From NCBI GenBank assembly GCA_043814985.1, contig JBDRJK010000011.1, forward strand, positions 1-64,000: a stretch of DNA of 64,000 nt, in the 5' to 3' direction. Below, in pieces: positions 50,482-59,613 of this stretch. How positions within the stretch are numbered: position 1 is the stretch's first letter; every line of letters starts with the position of its first letter. Source of the stretch: Candidatus Aenigmatarchaeota archaeon (GTDB taxonomy: Archaea > Aenigmatarchaeota > Aenigmatarchaeia > Aenigmatarchaeales > Aenigmatarchaeaceae). A model generated the notes under the pieces. The model worked only from the letters and a program-made list of their open reading frames with translations. It was not told the origin of the DNA and searched no databases. A program made the translations under genes and the position numbers.

Positions 50482-51513
50482 ATGAAGAAAACATTAACAG
50501 GATTCGTGATTTTATCAATTCTATTAGTATTATCAGTAAACATCGCTATTGCTGAAGAAGAGAGCGTATCATTCGATGTAACTGAGAATGAGACAAACAG
50601 CAGCTATACTGTAAACATAGACATACAAATCTCAGGAAACGATACTCATGTAAGAGATGACCTATACGGAACAGCAACTGGTTCAGGACCAAGGGATGTG
50701 ATTTTGGGAGGTGCTGAATTTGATCATAATAGCGAAGTTAGAGAGATTTGCTATCAGCCAAGCTTACAAGCATATTTTAACCAAATAGGAGACATACCAC
50801 CATCAGGTTTTGCAGCATATCTAAAATCTTTGGGATATGATGATGAATCTCATATAAGTTTTATATGGAGTTTGTGCCAGCAAGAGTACATCAACCAACA
50901 GCAAGACGCATGGTCAACAGACTCTGGCGTACAACCAACTGATATGGTCCGTTACATTACAGGTTCCATAGACTGGTTGTTGGGAAGAGAAGCAAATCCT
51001 TTAGACGGATACAAAAAGATAGGAGTTGCCTTGGACAGTTACTTTGCTTCTGATAGGGATGTTTGGCTTCTGGTAAACAGAATAAACATTCTGGAGGTAA
51101 GAATAGAAGCATTGGAAAAGACAATAGAAAGAATCGCTTCTGAGGAATACTGTGAAATGAAGGTTGAAGCTCTAATGAAATATAATTTGAGCTATGTCAA
51201 GTGCGGAGAGAACTCGACCATCTATGCAAGAGTCGATCCAAACGAATTTGGTTTCAACATAATCGGTTACACTAACGAGGATCAATGCGCTGTAGAATGG
51301 GGATGTACAGATTGGAGTGAATGCGAGAACGGAATCCAGACTAGAAGATGTTCTGATGCAAACATGTGCGGAAGATATGAAAATAAACCAGAAGAAACAC
51401 AGGTATGTGCAGTGGTTCAAGAAGATATAGAAGAGCCAGATTTAACTTATGTTTCAGTCAAGGAAGTCCTTCCAACAATACAGAGCTTGCTTCTGCCTTT
51501 GTTCGTGGTCTGA
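50482..51513 (+). CDS. secreted protein with WxCxxWxxC module
   Basis: signal peptide, WGCTDWSECENGIQTRRC. Confidence 0.8.
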   Translation: MKKTLTGFVILSILLVLSVNIAIAEEESVSFDVTENETNSSYTVNIDIQISGNDTHVRDDLYGTATGSGPRDVILGGAEFDHNSEVREICYQPSLQAYFNQIGDIPPSGFAAYLKSLGYDDESHISFIWSLCQQEYINQQQDAWSTDSGVQPTDMVRYITGSIDWLLGREANPLDGYKKIGVALDSYFASDRDVWLLVNRINILEVRIEALEKTIERIASEEYCEMKVEALMKYNLSYVKCGENSTIYARVDPNEFGFNIIGYTNEDQCAVEWGCTDWSECENGIQTRRCSDANMCGRYENKPEETQVCAVVQEDIEEPDLTYVSVKEVLPTIQSLLLPLFVV

Positions 51514-51536
51514 AAGCGTAACAGACCCTTTTGATT

Positions 51537-51677
51537 TTATTTTCTACTTTGAATAGAGAGTATGTCCCCGTTCTTCAGCTCATAGTCAGCAGAGACTCTC
51601 TTCTTTGTCCTAGCATCGATTGCTCCAATGAACTTGTCACCAATATCAGTGTGAACCTTGTAGGCAAAGTCAAGGGC
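51537..51677 (-). pseudogene. diverged duplicate of the last 47 codons of ychF
   Basis: 16 mismatches in 141 bp vs 54821-54961; frame intact, no start codon. Confidence 0.92.
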
Positions 51678-51720
51678 CTGTAGGTATCAACTTTATATTA
51701 TTGTTGTCAGAATTATAATA

Positions 51721-53838
51721 ATGAAGAAAGTTATTTTATTTTCTATAATAGCAATAGTCTTGCTGAGCTCAATAACATTGGCAATGACAGACGTGAGAGC
51801 GTCAAATATTAAATCTAATAGAGTTATAGCGCGCACAAATTCTCTAGCAGACAGGATGCTATTCAGAATGCAGGGGTGCAAAATAATTCACGAGCTGGAA
51901 GATGCGACTGCAATGAATTGCCCAGAGGCAATTGCTTCGAGATTCGAGCAAGATGAAGTTCTTTATATAATGGATTTACAAGCAGACCAACAGATAGGGG
52001 CGGACAAGGTTTGGGCTTTGGGTTATGACGGTTCTGGGGTAACAGTCGCGGTTTTGGATACAGGAGTTGATTATGACCATCAGGAGCTGTCAGACAGCAT
52101 AGTTGGAGGTATAAGCTTTGTCTCATACACATCTAGCTATTCTGATGACCATGGACATGGAACACATGTCTCAGGAATAATAACTGCCAATGGTGTTGTA
52201 GCCTCTGCAGAAGGCGTTGCGCCAGGAGCAAAGGTATGGATGGCAAAAGTTTGCGATTCTGGTGGTTCTTGCTATACGAGCGATATAGCAGCTGCGATTG
52301 ATTATGTTGTTGATGGGCCTGATGGTGCACCAAATACAGGAGACGAACCAGCAAAGATAATGAGCATAAGCTTGGGCGGCGGAGGAACTTCTAGGTCAAA
52401 TTGTGATAATGATTACTTGGCTTCAAAAGTTAACTGGGCAGTAAGCAAGGGTGTGACTGTTGTAGCAGCAGCAGGCAATACCGGAAGAGTAGTTAGCAGC
52501 CCTGGTTGTGCAAGCGGGGCAATAGCAGTTGGGGCAGTTGACAAAGGCGATGTAAGACCATCTTGGTCTGGCTCAGGCAGTGCGTTAGATATAGTTGCAC
52601 CAGGGGTAAGCATTTATTCTAGTTTGCCGGGCGGCGCTTATGCGTCTTGGAGCGGTACTTCAATGGCAACACCGCATGTTTCAGCAACAGTGGCTTTGAT
52701 GAGGCAGGTGAACCCGAGCTTAACAGACAGTCAAATCAAAAGCATACTTTATTCAACAGCCAAAGATTTAGGAAGTGCAGGATGGGATAGATATTATGGC
52801 TGGGGAAGAGTCGACGCCTACAATGCATACTTGGCTGTTAAACCAATAGAACCTGAATGCACAATTGATTCAGAATGTGATGACGGATTATACTGTAATG
52901 GAGCTGAGACATGTATTTCAGGAGTTTGCCAATCAGGAGCATCTGTTGGCTGTTCCTATTTAGATAATCAATGCAATGTTGGAATTTGTGATGAAGCTTC
53001 AGATAGTTGTGTGGCACAACCAAGACCCGACGGAACTTCTTGTAATGACGGTTTGTTCTGTAATGTAGGAGAAACCTGTCAGGCTGGAGCATGCGGCGGA
53101 GGAGAGGCTTACACCTGTGGTGTTAATGACACTTGTACTATTGCTTCTTGTGATGAATCATCAGATAGCTGTTCAAGTTCACCAGTAGCAGACGGAACAA
53201 CATGTGACGATAATTTGTTTTGCACAGTGTATGACGCTTGTACAAGCGGTATTTGCGGTGGAGAACAAATAAACTGTAATGACGGTGTAGGATGCACTGT
53301 TGATTCTTGCAACGAGGGAACAGGCTCTTGCGATAACACGCCGGATAATTCAATATGTGATGATGAAATATATTGTAATGGTGTGGAAACATGCCATGCA
53401 ACATCAGATTGCCAGGCGGGAATCCCAGTAAATTGTAATGATAATAATTTTTGTACAGCAGATAGTTGCGTTGAAGGTTTAAAAACATGTGAAAACGTCT
53501 GGGAGGCATGTGGTTCGACGGATGGATGCTGCGGACCCGATTGCAATAGTATAAATGATCCAGACTGTGCAACAGCTGTTAAATGCTGGAGCGGAGATTA
53601 CCAATATCTCTACAGGAATTCGAATCAGATGAAAAAATTCTGCAAGTGTGCAATGGGTATTTATGGATACAATAGTTACAGTTATAGTTGGGGAAGGGAA
53701 ACAGTTTATTATTATTTAGACTCGGGAAACAATGAAGAGTGGGATACAAATTCAAGGTCATCATATCTTCCAGTAAACAAAGTAGTTTGTGCAGACGGTG
53801 AACCATACTCGACTGGCGAAGATTACTACTACGGTTAA
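51721..53838 (+). CDS. secreted S8 subtilase with C-terminal Cys-rich repeats
   Basis: VAVLDTG, HGHGTHV, AAAGN, GTSMATPHV; repeated C(D/N)DG..C units. Confidence 0.95.
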   Translation: MKKVILFSIIAIVLLSSITLAMTDVRASNIKSNRVIARTNSLADRMLFRMQGCKIIHELEDATAMNCPEAIASRFEQDEVLYIMDLQADQQIGADKVWALGYDGSGVTVAVLDTGVDYDHQELSDSIVGGISFVSYTSSYSDDHGHGTHVSGIITANGVVASAEGVAPGAKVWMAKVCDSGGSCYTSDIAAAIDYVVDGPDGAPNTGDEPAKIMSISLGGGGTSRSNCDNDYLASKVNWAVSKGVTVVAAAGNTGRVVSSPGCASGAIAVGAVDKGDVRPSWSGSGSALDIVAPGVSIYSSLPGGAYASWSGTSMATPHVSATVALMRQVNPSLTDSQIKSILYSTAKDLGSAGWDRYYGWGRVDAYNAYLAVKPIEPECTIDSECDDGLYCNGAETCISGVCQSGASVGCSYLDNQCNVGICDEASDSCVAQPRPDGTSCNDGLFCNVGETCQAGACGGGEAYTCGVNDTCTIASCDESSDSCSSSPVADGTTCDDNLFCTVYDACTSGICGGEQINCNDGVGCTVDSCNEGTGSCDNTPDNSICDDEIYCNGVETCHATSDCQAGIPVNCNDNNFCTADSCVEGLKTCENVWEACGSTDGCCGPDCNSINDPDCATAVKCWSGDYQYLYRNSNQMKKFCKCAMGIYGYNSYSYSWGRETVYYYLDSGNNEEWDTNSRSSYLPVNKVVCADGEPYSTGEDYYYG

Positions 53839-53847
53839 AAATTCTTT

Positions 53848-54273
53848 TTATTTCCTGCTCTGTACGGGAAGGTATTTCTCTGTAAGCTCTTTTTTCATAG
53901 AAAAAATTTTGTTTATTATTTCCTTTCCTTGCCCAAATTCAATCTTTGTTCCATAATAATTTATGCTGTTCCTTATCCATCTCAATCTGTCAAACTTCCC
54001 ATAGTCAAAGCCCTTGAGCAAGTCTTTCAGTAGTTCCCCTATGCAGACGTGTGATAGAACCTTGTAGCCCTTGGAAATGCAGACTGCCTCCAGAACCTCC
54101 CTCAGAGAATCATAGGCAAGGGAGACATAAGCAGATATGTTTATGCTGTCAATCGGCGCCTTCCTTACTGCCATCTCCTTTATGTAGGACATTTCTAACA
54201 ATGACTTGACAAGCTCCCCATCTATTCTAGCCTTCTTTATCAACCCTTTCTCAAAGCATTCACTTAAGTCCAT
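53848..54273 (-). CDS. HEPN-domain protein (toxin-like)
   Basis: AYDSLRE, GYK..SH, RWIRNSINYYG; overlaps MNT gene. Confidence 0.8.
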   Translation of the reverse strand: MDLSECFEKGLIKKARIDGELVKSLLEMSYIKEMAVRKAPIDSINISAYVSLAYDSLREVLEAVCISKGYKVLSHVCIGELLKDLLKGFDYGKFDRLRWIRNSINYYGTKIEFGQGKEIINKIFSMKKELTEKYLPVQSRK

Positions 54274-54812
54274 TCAATACTACCCTCTATGGCTATGCCG
54301 TTCAGCACGTTGCTGATAAGATGCTTGTTTTTAAGCTCTTTAACATTCTTTACCACAAAGAGTTGTAGCGTTCTGTTCAACCTCTTTTCAAACTTCCTGG
54401 TTTGAGGAAATTCCTTTGTCTTCTCGGAGACAACCAGCAGGTCGAAATCGCTTGTTTTTGTGTCAAGACCACTCGCGGCAGAGCCAAAAAGGACAATTGC
54501 CGGTTTCATATAGAATGCGTTCAAGGCAGCGACCAGACCCGATTTCCTCAGCTTCCTTATGTTATAGTAGGTCTTCAGGTCCCTGTAGGAGTCGCTTTCA
54601 AGGTCCGACCTGTACAGATTGAAGCCCCTTTCCTTCCTTTCCTTCAGAAGGCCCTCCTTTGCCATTCTTTTCAGTTCCTTGCTCGCAGTCGCCGGTGAGA
54701 TTTCCGAAAGCCTGGCAACCTCCCTGACATTGAATTCCTTGGCAGGGTCCTCAAAGAATATTTTCAGTATGTTTAATTTATTGAACATATGTTTAATTTT
54801 ATGAACAGACAT
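54264..54812 (-). CDS. winged-helix plus minimal nucleotidyltransferase (MNT antitoxin-like); alternative start 54788
   Basis: VREVARLSEISPATAS HTH; LFGS...SDFD. Confidence 0.88.
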   Translation of the reverse strand: MSVHKIKHMFNKLNILKIFFEDPAKEFNVREVARLSEISPATASKELKRMAKEGLLKERKERGFNLYRSDLESDSYRDLKTYYNIRKLRKSGLVAALNAFYMKPAIVLFGSAASGLDTKTSDFDLLVVSEKTKEFPQTRKFEKRLNRTLQLFVVKNVKELKNKHLISNVLNGIAIEGSIEWT

Positions 54813-54820
54813 TTAAATAA

Positions 54821-55951
54821 TTATCTTCTGCTTTGAATAGAGAGTATGTCTCCGTTCTTCAGCTCATAGTCGGCAGAGACTCTTTTCTTTGTCCTAGCAT
54901 CGATTGCTCCAATGAACTTATCACCGATGTCCGTATGGACCTTGTACGCCATGTCCAAGGCAGTTGACCCCTTGGGTAAGAGAAACACGTCTGGAAGAAC
55001 ATTGCCCTTCTTGTCAGACATTTTGGATTCGTTCTCAACAGGAAAAACAGCAATGTAATTAAGGAATTCAAAGACAGCCTTGTTCAGGCAGTCCTGGACA
55101 CCGGTTGAACCATACTTGTCAAGAACAACCTTCCTTATCAGCTCAAGGCCCTTTTTCTGGTTCTCGTTCAGCTCCTTTTTTATTTCAAATGTCTTGCTTC
55201 CAGGGACATAGTCAATGAAACTTACCTTGGATGCAGTCCTCAGAGTTATCTCTGCCTCAGCAGAGCAGGGAACAATGGTCAGCTCAGGAAAATCACCCTT
55301 CATCCTTTCCAGATTGTCATGAGAGCTCGGCAAGTCAATTTTGTTGGCAGCTATAAGAATCTGTTTTGAAAGCTTTCTCAGCTCCCTTGCCAAACCCAAG
55401 GGTTCCAGCCCAGCCTCGTTAAGAGCAGTTTCAATGTGATCGGGCTTGATTCCCAGACCAGACAAGATATCAGATGCCTTCTCCTTGTCCCTTATCTTGG
55501 CAAGGTTCCTCTTGATGACTGAAGCAAACCAGAGCTCAATCTCATTCTCCAGGAACTTCACGTCTTCAGAGGGATTGTGCTTGTCTGTTGCATTGCCCTC
55601 AGCATCTGTTTTCCCAGACGCGTCGACAATATGTATCAGCATATCTGTCTGTATGATGTCAGTCAAGAACCTGTTACCCAAGCCTTTCCCCTCGTGGGCT
55701 CCTGGAATCAAACCAGCAACATCCCACAGCTTTACAGGTATCATCCTTGTCCCGTTAACGCACTGGGAGTTCTTGGGGCTGCACTTCAAGCCCAGTTCCT
55801 TGCAAGGACAGTCTGTAGTAACATAGGCAACACCAACATTGGGTTTGATCGTGGTGAACGGCCTTGAGGATATTGGGACGTCAATCATGGTCGAAGACTT
55901 GAAAAAACTCGACTTACCGGAAGATGGTTTACCGCAGATAGCAATTTCCAT
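54821..55951 (-). CDS. ychF: YchF-related Obg-family GTPase with TGS domain
   Basis: GKPSSGKS, PFTTIKPN, DVAGL, NKID, TGS domain. Confidence 0.92.
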   Translation of the reverse strand: MEIAICGKPSSGKSSFFKSSTMIDVPISSRPFTTIKPNVGVAYVTTDCPCKELGLKCSPKNSQCVNGTRMIPVKLWDVAGLIPGAHEGKGLGNRFLTDIIQTDMLIHIVDASGKTDAEGNATDKHNPSEDVKFLENEIELWFASVIKRNLAKIRDKEKASDILSGLGIKPDHIETALNEAGLEPLGLARELRKLSKQILIAANKIDLPSSHDNLERMKGDFPELTIVPCSAEAEITLRTASKVSFIDYVPGSKTFEIKKELNENQKKGLELIRKVVLDKYGSTGVQDCLNKAVFEFLNYIAVFPVENESKMSDKKGNVLPDVFLLPKGSTALDMAYKVHTDIGDKFIGAIDARTKKRVSADYELKNGDILSIQSRR

Positions 55952-56023
55952 GTTTTATCACAAATTTTTACTATGCTTAACAATACAAAATAATTTATAT
56001 TAAGGTTTGATTAATATATCCTT

Positions 56024-56527
56024 ATGCAAACCCCTTTGTGCCATGATTGTTTGACATCTAAAAACTTGTGCGATACATGTCACTCAAAGCTAGAAAACAA
56101 CGAGCTGACTGAAAAGGAAATCAGTGTTCTGAGATTCATCTACAACCTGAGCACCAAGACGATGAGCTTGCAGGACATCAAGATTGTAAAGGTAATTGAC
56201 AGAGGAGTCCTTCTCATAATAACAGGAAGAGGGAATGCAGCAAGACTGGTTGGCAAGGGAGGCGCTGTTGTCAAGCTTATAGCAAAAAAATTCAAGAAGT
56301 CAATAAGAATCCTGGAAGAGGCCTCCAACATCAAGGACTTCGTGGAGGAACTGGTCACGCCAGCCAAGGTCAACGGCATAAACACCCTGTACAGGGACAA
56401 CGAGGAGATATTCAGGGTGAGAGTCCCTGAGATACAGAAGAACCATTTGTTACTTTCTCAGGAAGACTTTTCCAGTGTTATTTCAAGCTTCTACGACAAG
56501 AAGGTCGAGCTTGTTTTCGACATCTAA
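56024..56527 (+). CDS. archaeal NusA-like KH protein with N-terminal Cys cluster
   Basis: PLCHDC...LCDTC, LVGKGG KH loop. Confidence 0.8.
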   Translation: MQTPLCHDCLTSKNLCDTCHSKLENNELTEKEISVLRFIYNLSTKTMSLQDIKIVKVIDRGVLLIITGRGNAARLVGKGGAVVKLIAKKFKKSIRILEEASNIKDFVEELVTPAKVNGINTLYRDNEEIFRVRVPEIQKNHLLLSQEDFSSVISSFYDKKVELVFDI

Positions 56528-57120
56528 ATCAATTTTATCTTCTTTGCAATCTTCTTGATTGGCAGGATTAGTACTATCGATCCGATTAGGAATCCGTTTA
56601 TCGAGCCTGATAATATATCGAAGGGATAGTGAACCCCGATGTAGATTCTGCTAATGCCGACCAGCAAGGCCAATGCGAAGAACAGTTTGCTGAACTTCTT
56701 GTAGAACGAGCCAAGTACCACTGCTCCCGAGAACGCCCTTTGAGTATGGCCAGAGGGGAAGCTGGGGCCAAGGTCCATCTCAAGGCTGAGAAAATTCAGG
56801 TCCGAAAGGTTCTCAAACGGCCTGGGCCTGGAAATTAGGAACTTGAGGAAAAACAGGGACACTGTGTCTATTATGAAGGCAAGGACAAGGTAGATTGATG
56901 CCTTCCTCTTGCCCCTCATCCAGAGCAGCATTACTGCCACTATCCAGAAGACTGACGAGCCCAGATAAGTTATAAACACAAAGAAGGGATCTAGCAAAGG
57001 GTTTGATATTGAGTTTACAGCGAGAAAAAGCTGTTGGTCGAACGCCATTATCTGGTCCAAGAACAGTAAGGAGACCGCGTAAATCGTAACACCAATAAGT
57101 ATTTTCCTTTTCAATTCCAT
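56524..57120 (-). CDS. PAP2 family phosphatase
   Basis: K....RPRP, SFPSGH, SRIYIGVHYPFD. Confidence 0.93.
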   Translation of the reverse strand: MELKRKILIGVTIYAVSLLFLDQIMAFDQQLFLAVNSISNPLLDPFFVFITYLGSSVFWIVAVMLLWMRGKRKASIYLVLAFIIDTVSLFFLKFLISRPRPFENLSDLNFLSLEMDLGPSFPSGHTQRAFSGAVVLGSFYKKFSKLFFALALLVGISRIYIGVHYPFDILSGSINGFLIGSIVLILPIKKIAKKIKLI

Positions 57121-57158
57121 AAAAGTATTTAGATATAAAGGCAATATATAATGATTTT

Positions 57159-57425
57159 ATGAGGAAGATAGTAACTCTGATGGTGCTGGCGTTTATAGTT
57201 TTTTCAATAGCAACAGCACTACTTCTTTTTGAAATAATATTCGGAGGAGGGTTAGAGGATTACAGCGTCATAATATGGAACTTTGCAATTTCCATTGTTT
57301 TGGTCATTATTGCGATAACCATTATCAGGTACAGGCATGACAAGAAGAAAAGGGGAAAGAAAGAGAAAAAGGAAGTTGTATATTATGAGGCAGAAGGCGA
57401 TGACTACAGAACAGAGTATTATTAA
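57159..57425 (+). CDS. small membrane protein
   Basis: two TM segments. Confidence 0.65.
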   Translation: MRKIVTLMVLAFIVFSIATALLLFEIIFGGGLEDYSVIIWNFAISIVLVIIAITIIRYRHDKKKRGKKEKKEVVYYEAEGDDYRTEYY

Positions 57426-57447
57426 ATTTTAAAACTTAATTCTAATT

Positions 57448-58257
57448 ATGCCGACAAATGTTACTATTGGTTATGCCAAGGCCCAGGCGAGGTACCTTAG
57501 CGCAAAGACCAAGGAAGAGAAGATTGCTGCTCTAGAAGATATGATAAGCGAGGCGCCTTCCCACAAGGGCGGGGAGAACCTTAGGAAGCAGCTGAAGCAG
57601 AGGCTGGCAAAGATGAAGCAGCAAAAGGAGGCCAGCACCTCGAGAAATAGTTTCAACATTCCCAAGAAAGGCGATGCCCAAGTCTGCATTCTAGGCATGA
57701 CGCAAACAGGCAAATCAACCATATTGACTATACTGACCAATGCCAGACCGAAAATATCTCCACACAAGTTTACAACAGAAAAGCCCCAGATAGGGACAGT
57801 GGATTATCAAGGCGTTAAGATACAGATGATAGAGATACCATCCACATTCAAACCAATGTTCATGAGCATAGTGCACAGCTCTGACGCATTGGTTCTGGTT
57901 TACAGGAACAAGGATGATTTAGAAAAGATAAAGGACATAATGTCCAAGTTCAGAATCAGAAAGAAATACATAGCAATAAGCAGGGACGAGGAACCCGAGA
58001 AGATAAAGGAAAAGCTATGGGGCATTCTTGGTCTGATAAAGATATTCTGCAAGGAGCCTGGCCAGAAGCCAGAGAAAACCCCAATGGTTCTGAAAGAAGG
58101 CTCGACTGTGGAGGATGCTGCAAGTGACCTTCACAAGGACTTTTCAAAATATTTCAAGTTCGCAAGGGTGTGGGGTTCCTCAAAGTTTCCAGGTGAAAAG
58201 GTCGGTCCGGAATACAAGCTGGAGGACGGAGACGTGCTGGAAGTCCACATAACTTAA
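57448..58257 (+). CDS. shortened DRG/RBG1-like GTPase with TGS domain
   Basis: MPTN, P.HKG.E, G..QTGKS, FTT, FARVWG, LEDGDVLEVH. Confidence 0.88.
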   Translation: MPTNVTIGYAKAQARYLSAKTKEEKIAALEDMISEAPSHKGGENLRKQLKQRLAKMKQQKEASTSRNSFNIPKKGDAQVCILGMTQTGKSTILTILTNARPKISPHKFTTEKPQIGTVDYQGVKIQMIEIPSTFKPMFMSIVHSSDALVLVYRNKDDLEKIKDIMSKFRIRKKYIAISRDEEPEKIKEKLWGILGLIKIFCKEPGQKPEKTPMVLKEGSTVEDAASDLHKDFSKYFKFARVWGSSKFPGEKVGPEYKLEDGDVLEVHIT

Positions 58258-58961
58258 GAAAATTTCAATCCCTTCAAATCATTATATAATTCTAAAAATG
58301 ATTTTCTCATTTGATTTGTTTTCTGTTCATTGGTTTCAATTCCATATACCATCTTGAAAAGCCTTTCAAAGTTCCTTGGTTTCTTCTTTAATTCAAGAAT
58401 CTCGTTAAAGAGATTGTCTTCACTTGAGGGTCTTGTGTCGTTTAGTATAAACAATGCATGAGACATACTGTTCCATTCCCTCATTAAGAACATGTTCTTT
58501 TCTAAATTGCTTGGAGGTGTATTTTTCAATTTGTCAGCATACAATTGTGACTCTTCAATGTAGGTTTTAAAGGCCTCTTTTTTCTTTTGTTTTGGGACTG
58601 ATATTATATAATTCTTCAATTTTTCAAGGATTTTACCAGGATCGTATAAAGCAAGGGCATTCATGACCAATCCTGAAGCCAACCAACAACCAACTTCAAA
58701 ATTGATTTCGGAAACCAATCCTTTTTCTGTGTTGTAATTAAAGTCTATTATAATCCCACTGATTTTTTCATGCCTTATGTTAAAAATATCTAGATTTTCA
58801 GGAATTTTCTTAACGATTATCAATAAATCTATGTCCGAACCCTCTCTTAACCTGTCAGTCGCTAGAGAGCCGTACGCAAGAACGGCAATTAAATTCGAAT
58901 CCTCCTTTAGCTTACTAGTGGCATCATTCGCTATTTTGAGATACTTTTCTCTTAATTTCAT
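58254..58961 (-). CDS. nucleotidyltransferase-domain protein with helical C-terminal domain
   Basis: YGSLA...SDIDL, LYDP. Confidence 0.82.
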   Translation of the reverse strand: MKLREKYLKIANDATSKLKEDSNLIAVLAYGSLATDRLREGSDIDLLIIVKKIPENLDIFNIRHEKISGIIIDFNYNTEKGLVSEINFEVGCWLASGLVMNALALYDPGKILEKLKNYIISVPKQKKKEAFKTYIEESQLYADKLKNTPPSNLEKNMFLMREWNSMSHALFILNDTRPSSEDNLFNEILELKKKPRNFERLFKMVYGIETNEQKTNQMRKSFLELYNDLKGLKFS

Positions 58962-59018
58962 ACAACCAATTAATCATTTTTTGGGCGTTTATAAATATTT
59001 ATCAGAACAAATAGTAGT

Positions 59019-59390
59019 ATGGAGATTTCTAAGAGGAATATGCCTTTGCCTGACAACTGGTATTCTGCAATAGAAAAGAGCAAGGAGAAGGCAAGGAAGC
59101 TGCTAAACCAGGTAATTGCAGTTGATTTGAACACTTCGATAGTTGTCGGCAGGCTGGAGGATGTCTCGCTGGACAAGCTTTTCAGGATACAGTACCCGTT
59201 CTGCAAGTTAACACTGAGCATGTCAAAGAAGTACAGGATCGACGAAAAGCTGGACAAGTCTTCTGCCGGCGACCAGATAGCGTTCGTGAACAAGCCGCGG
59301 ATGATAATGGACATGACTGAATTATCAACAAAGTTCCCGAGGATACATGAGGACACCCATGTTGACATAAAGAGAGGAAGGTTTGGATAA
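59019..59390 (+). CDS. hypothetical protein, possibly Sm-like fold
   Basis: VIAVDLNTSIVVGRLEDV...LTL. Confidence 0.6.
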   Translation: MEISKRNMPLPDNWYSAIEKSKEKARKLLNQVIAVDLNTSIVVGRLEDVSLDKLFRIQYPFCKLTLSMSKKYRIDEKLDKSSAGDQIAFVNKPRMIMDMTELSTKFPRIHEDTHVDIKRGRFG

Positions 59391-59581
59391 TGGCTTTGAA
59401 ACAGATTGAATCAAGAGAGGACAGGAGCGAGGACAGAGCCCCGTGCCCAAGATGCGGCGAAAAGGCACTGATAATAGATGGCAGATTCATCAGGTGGCTC
59501 ACATGCCCGAGCTGCAAGTTCAAGAAGCTTATAGAGAAACAGGACGAGAGTACAAGGGTAAGGGTAGTATCTCTTAAGTAA
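59390..59581 (+). CDS. small zinc-ribbon protein
   Basis: CPRC...CPSC; GAGG RBS-like upstream. Confidence 0.7.
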   Translation: MALKQIESREDRSEDRAPCPRCGEKALIIDGRFIRWLTCPSCKFKKLIEKQDESTRVRVVSLK

Positions 59582-59613
59582 TTATTTTAAATGACACTCG
59601 TCATAATTCTATT

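Noticed and set aside
51537..54961. ychF repeat pair as a DGR template/variable repeat
   Set aside because: Mismatches are mostly synonymous third-position changes, not adenine-specific, and no reverse transcriptase is present.
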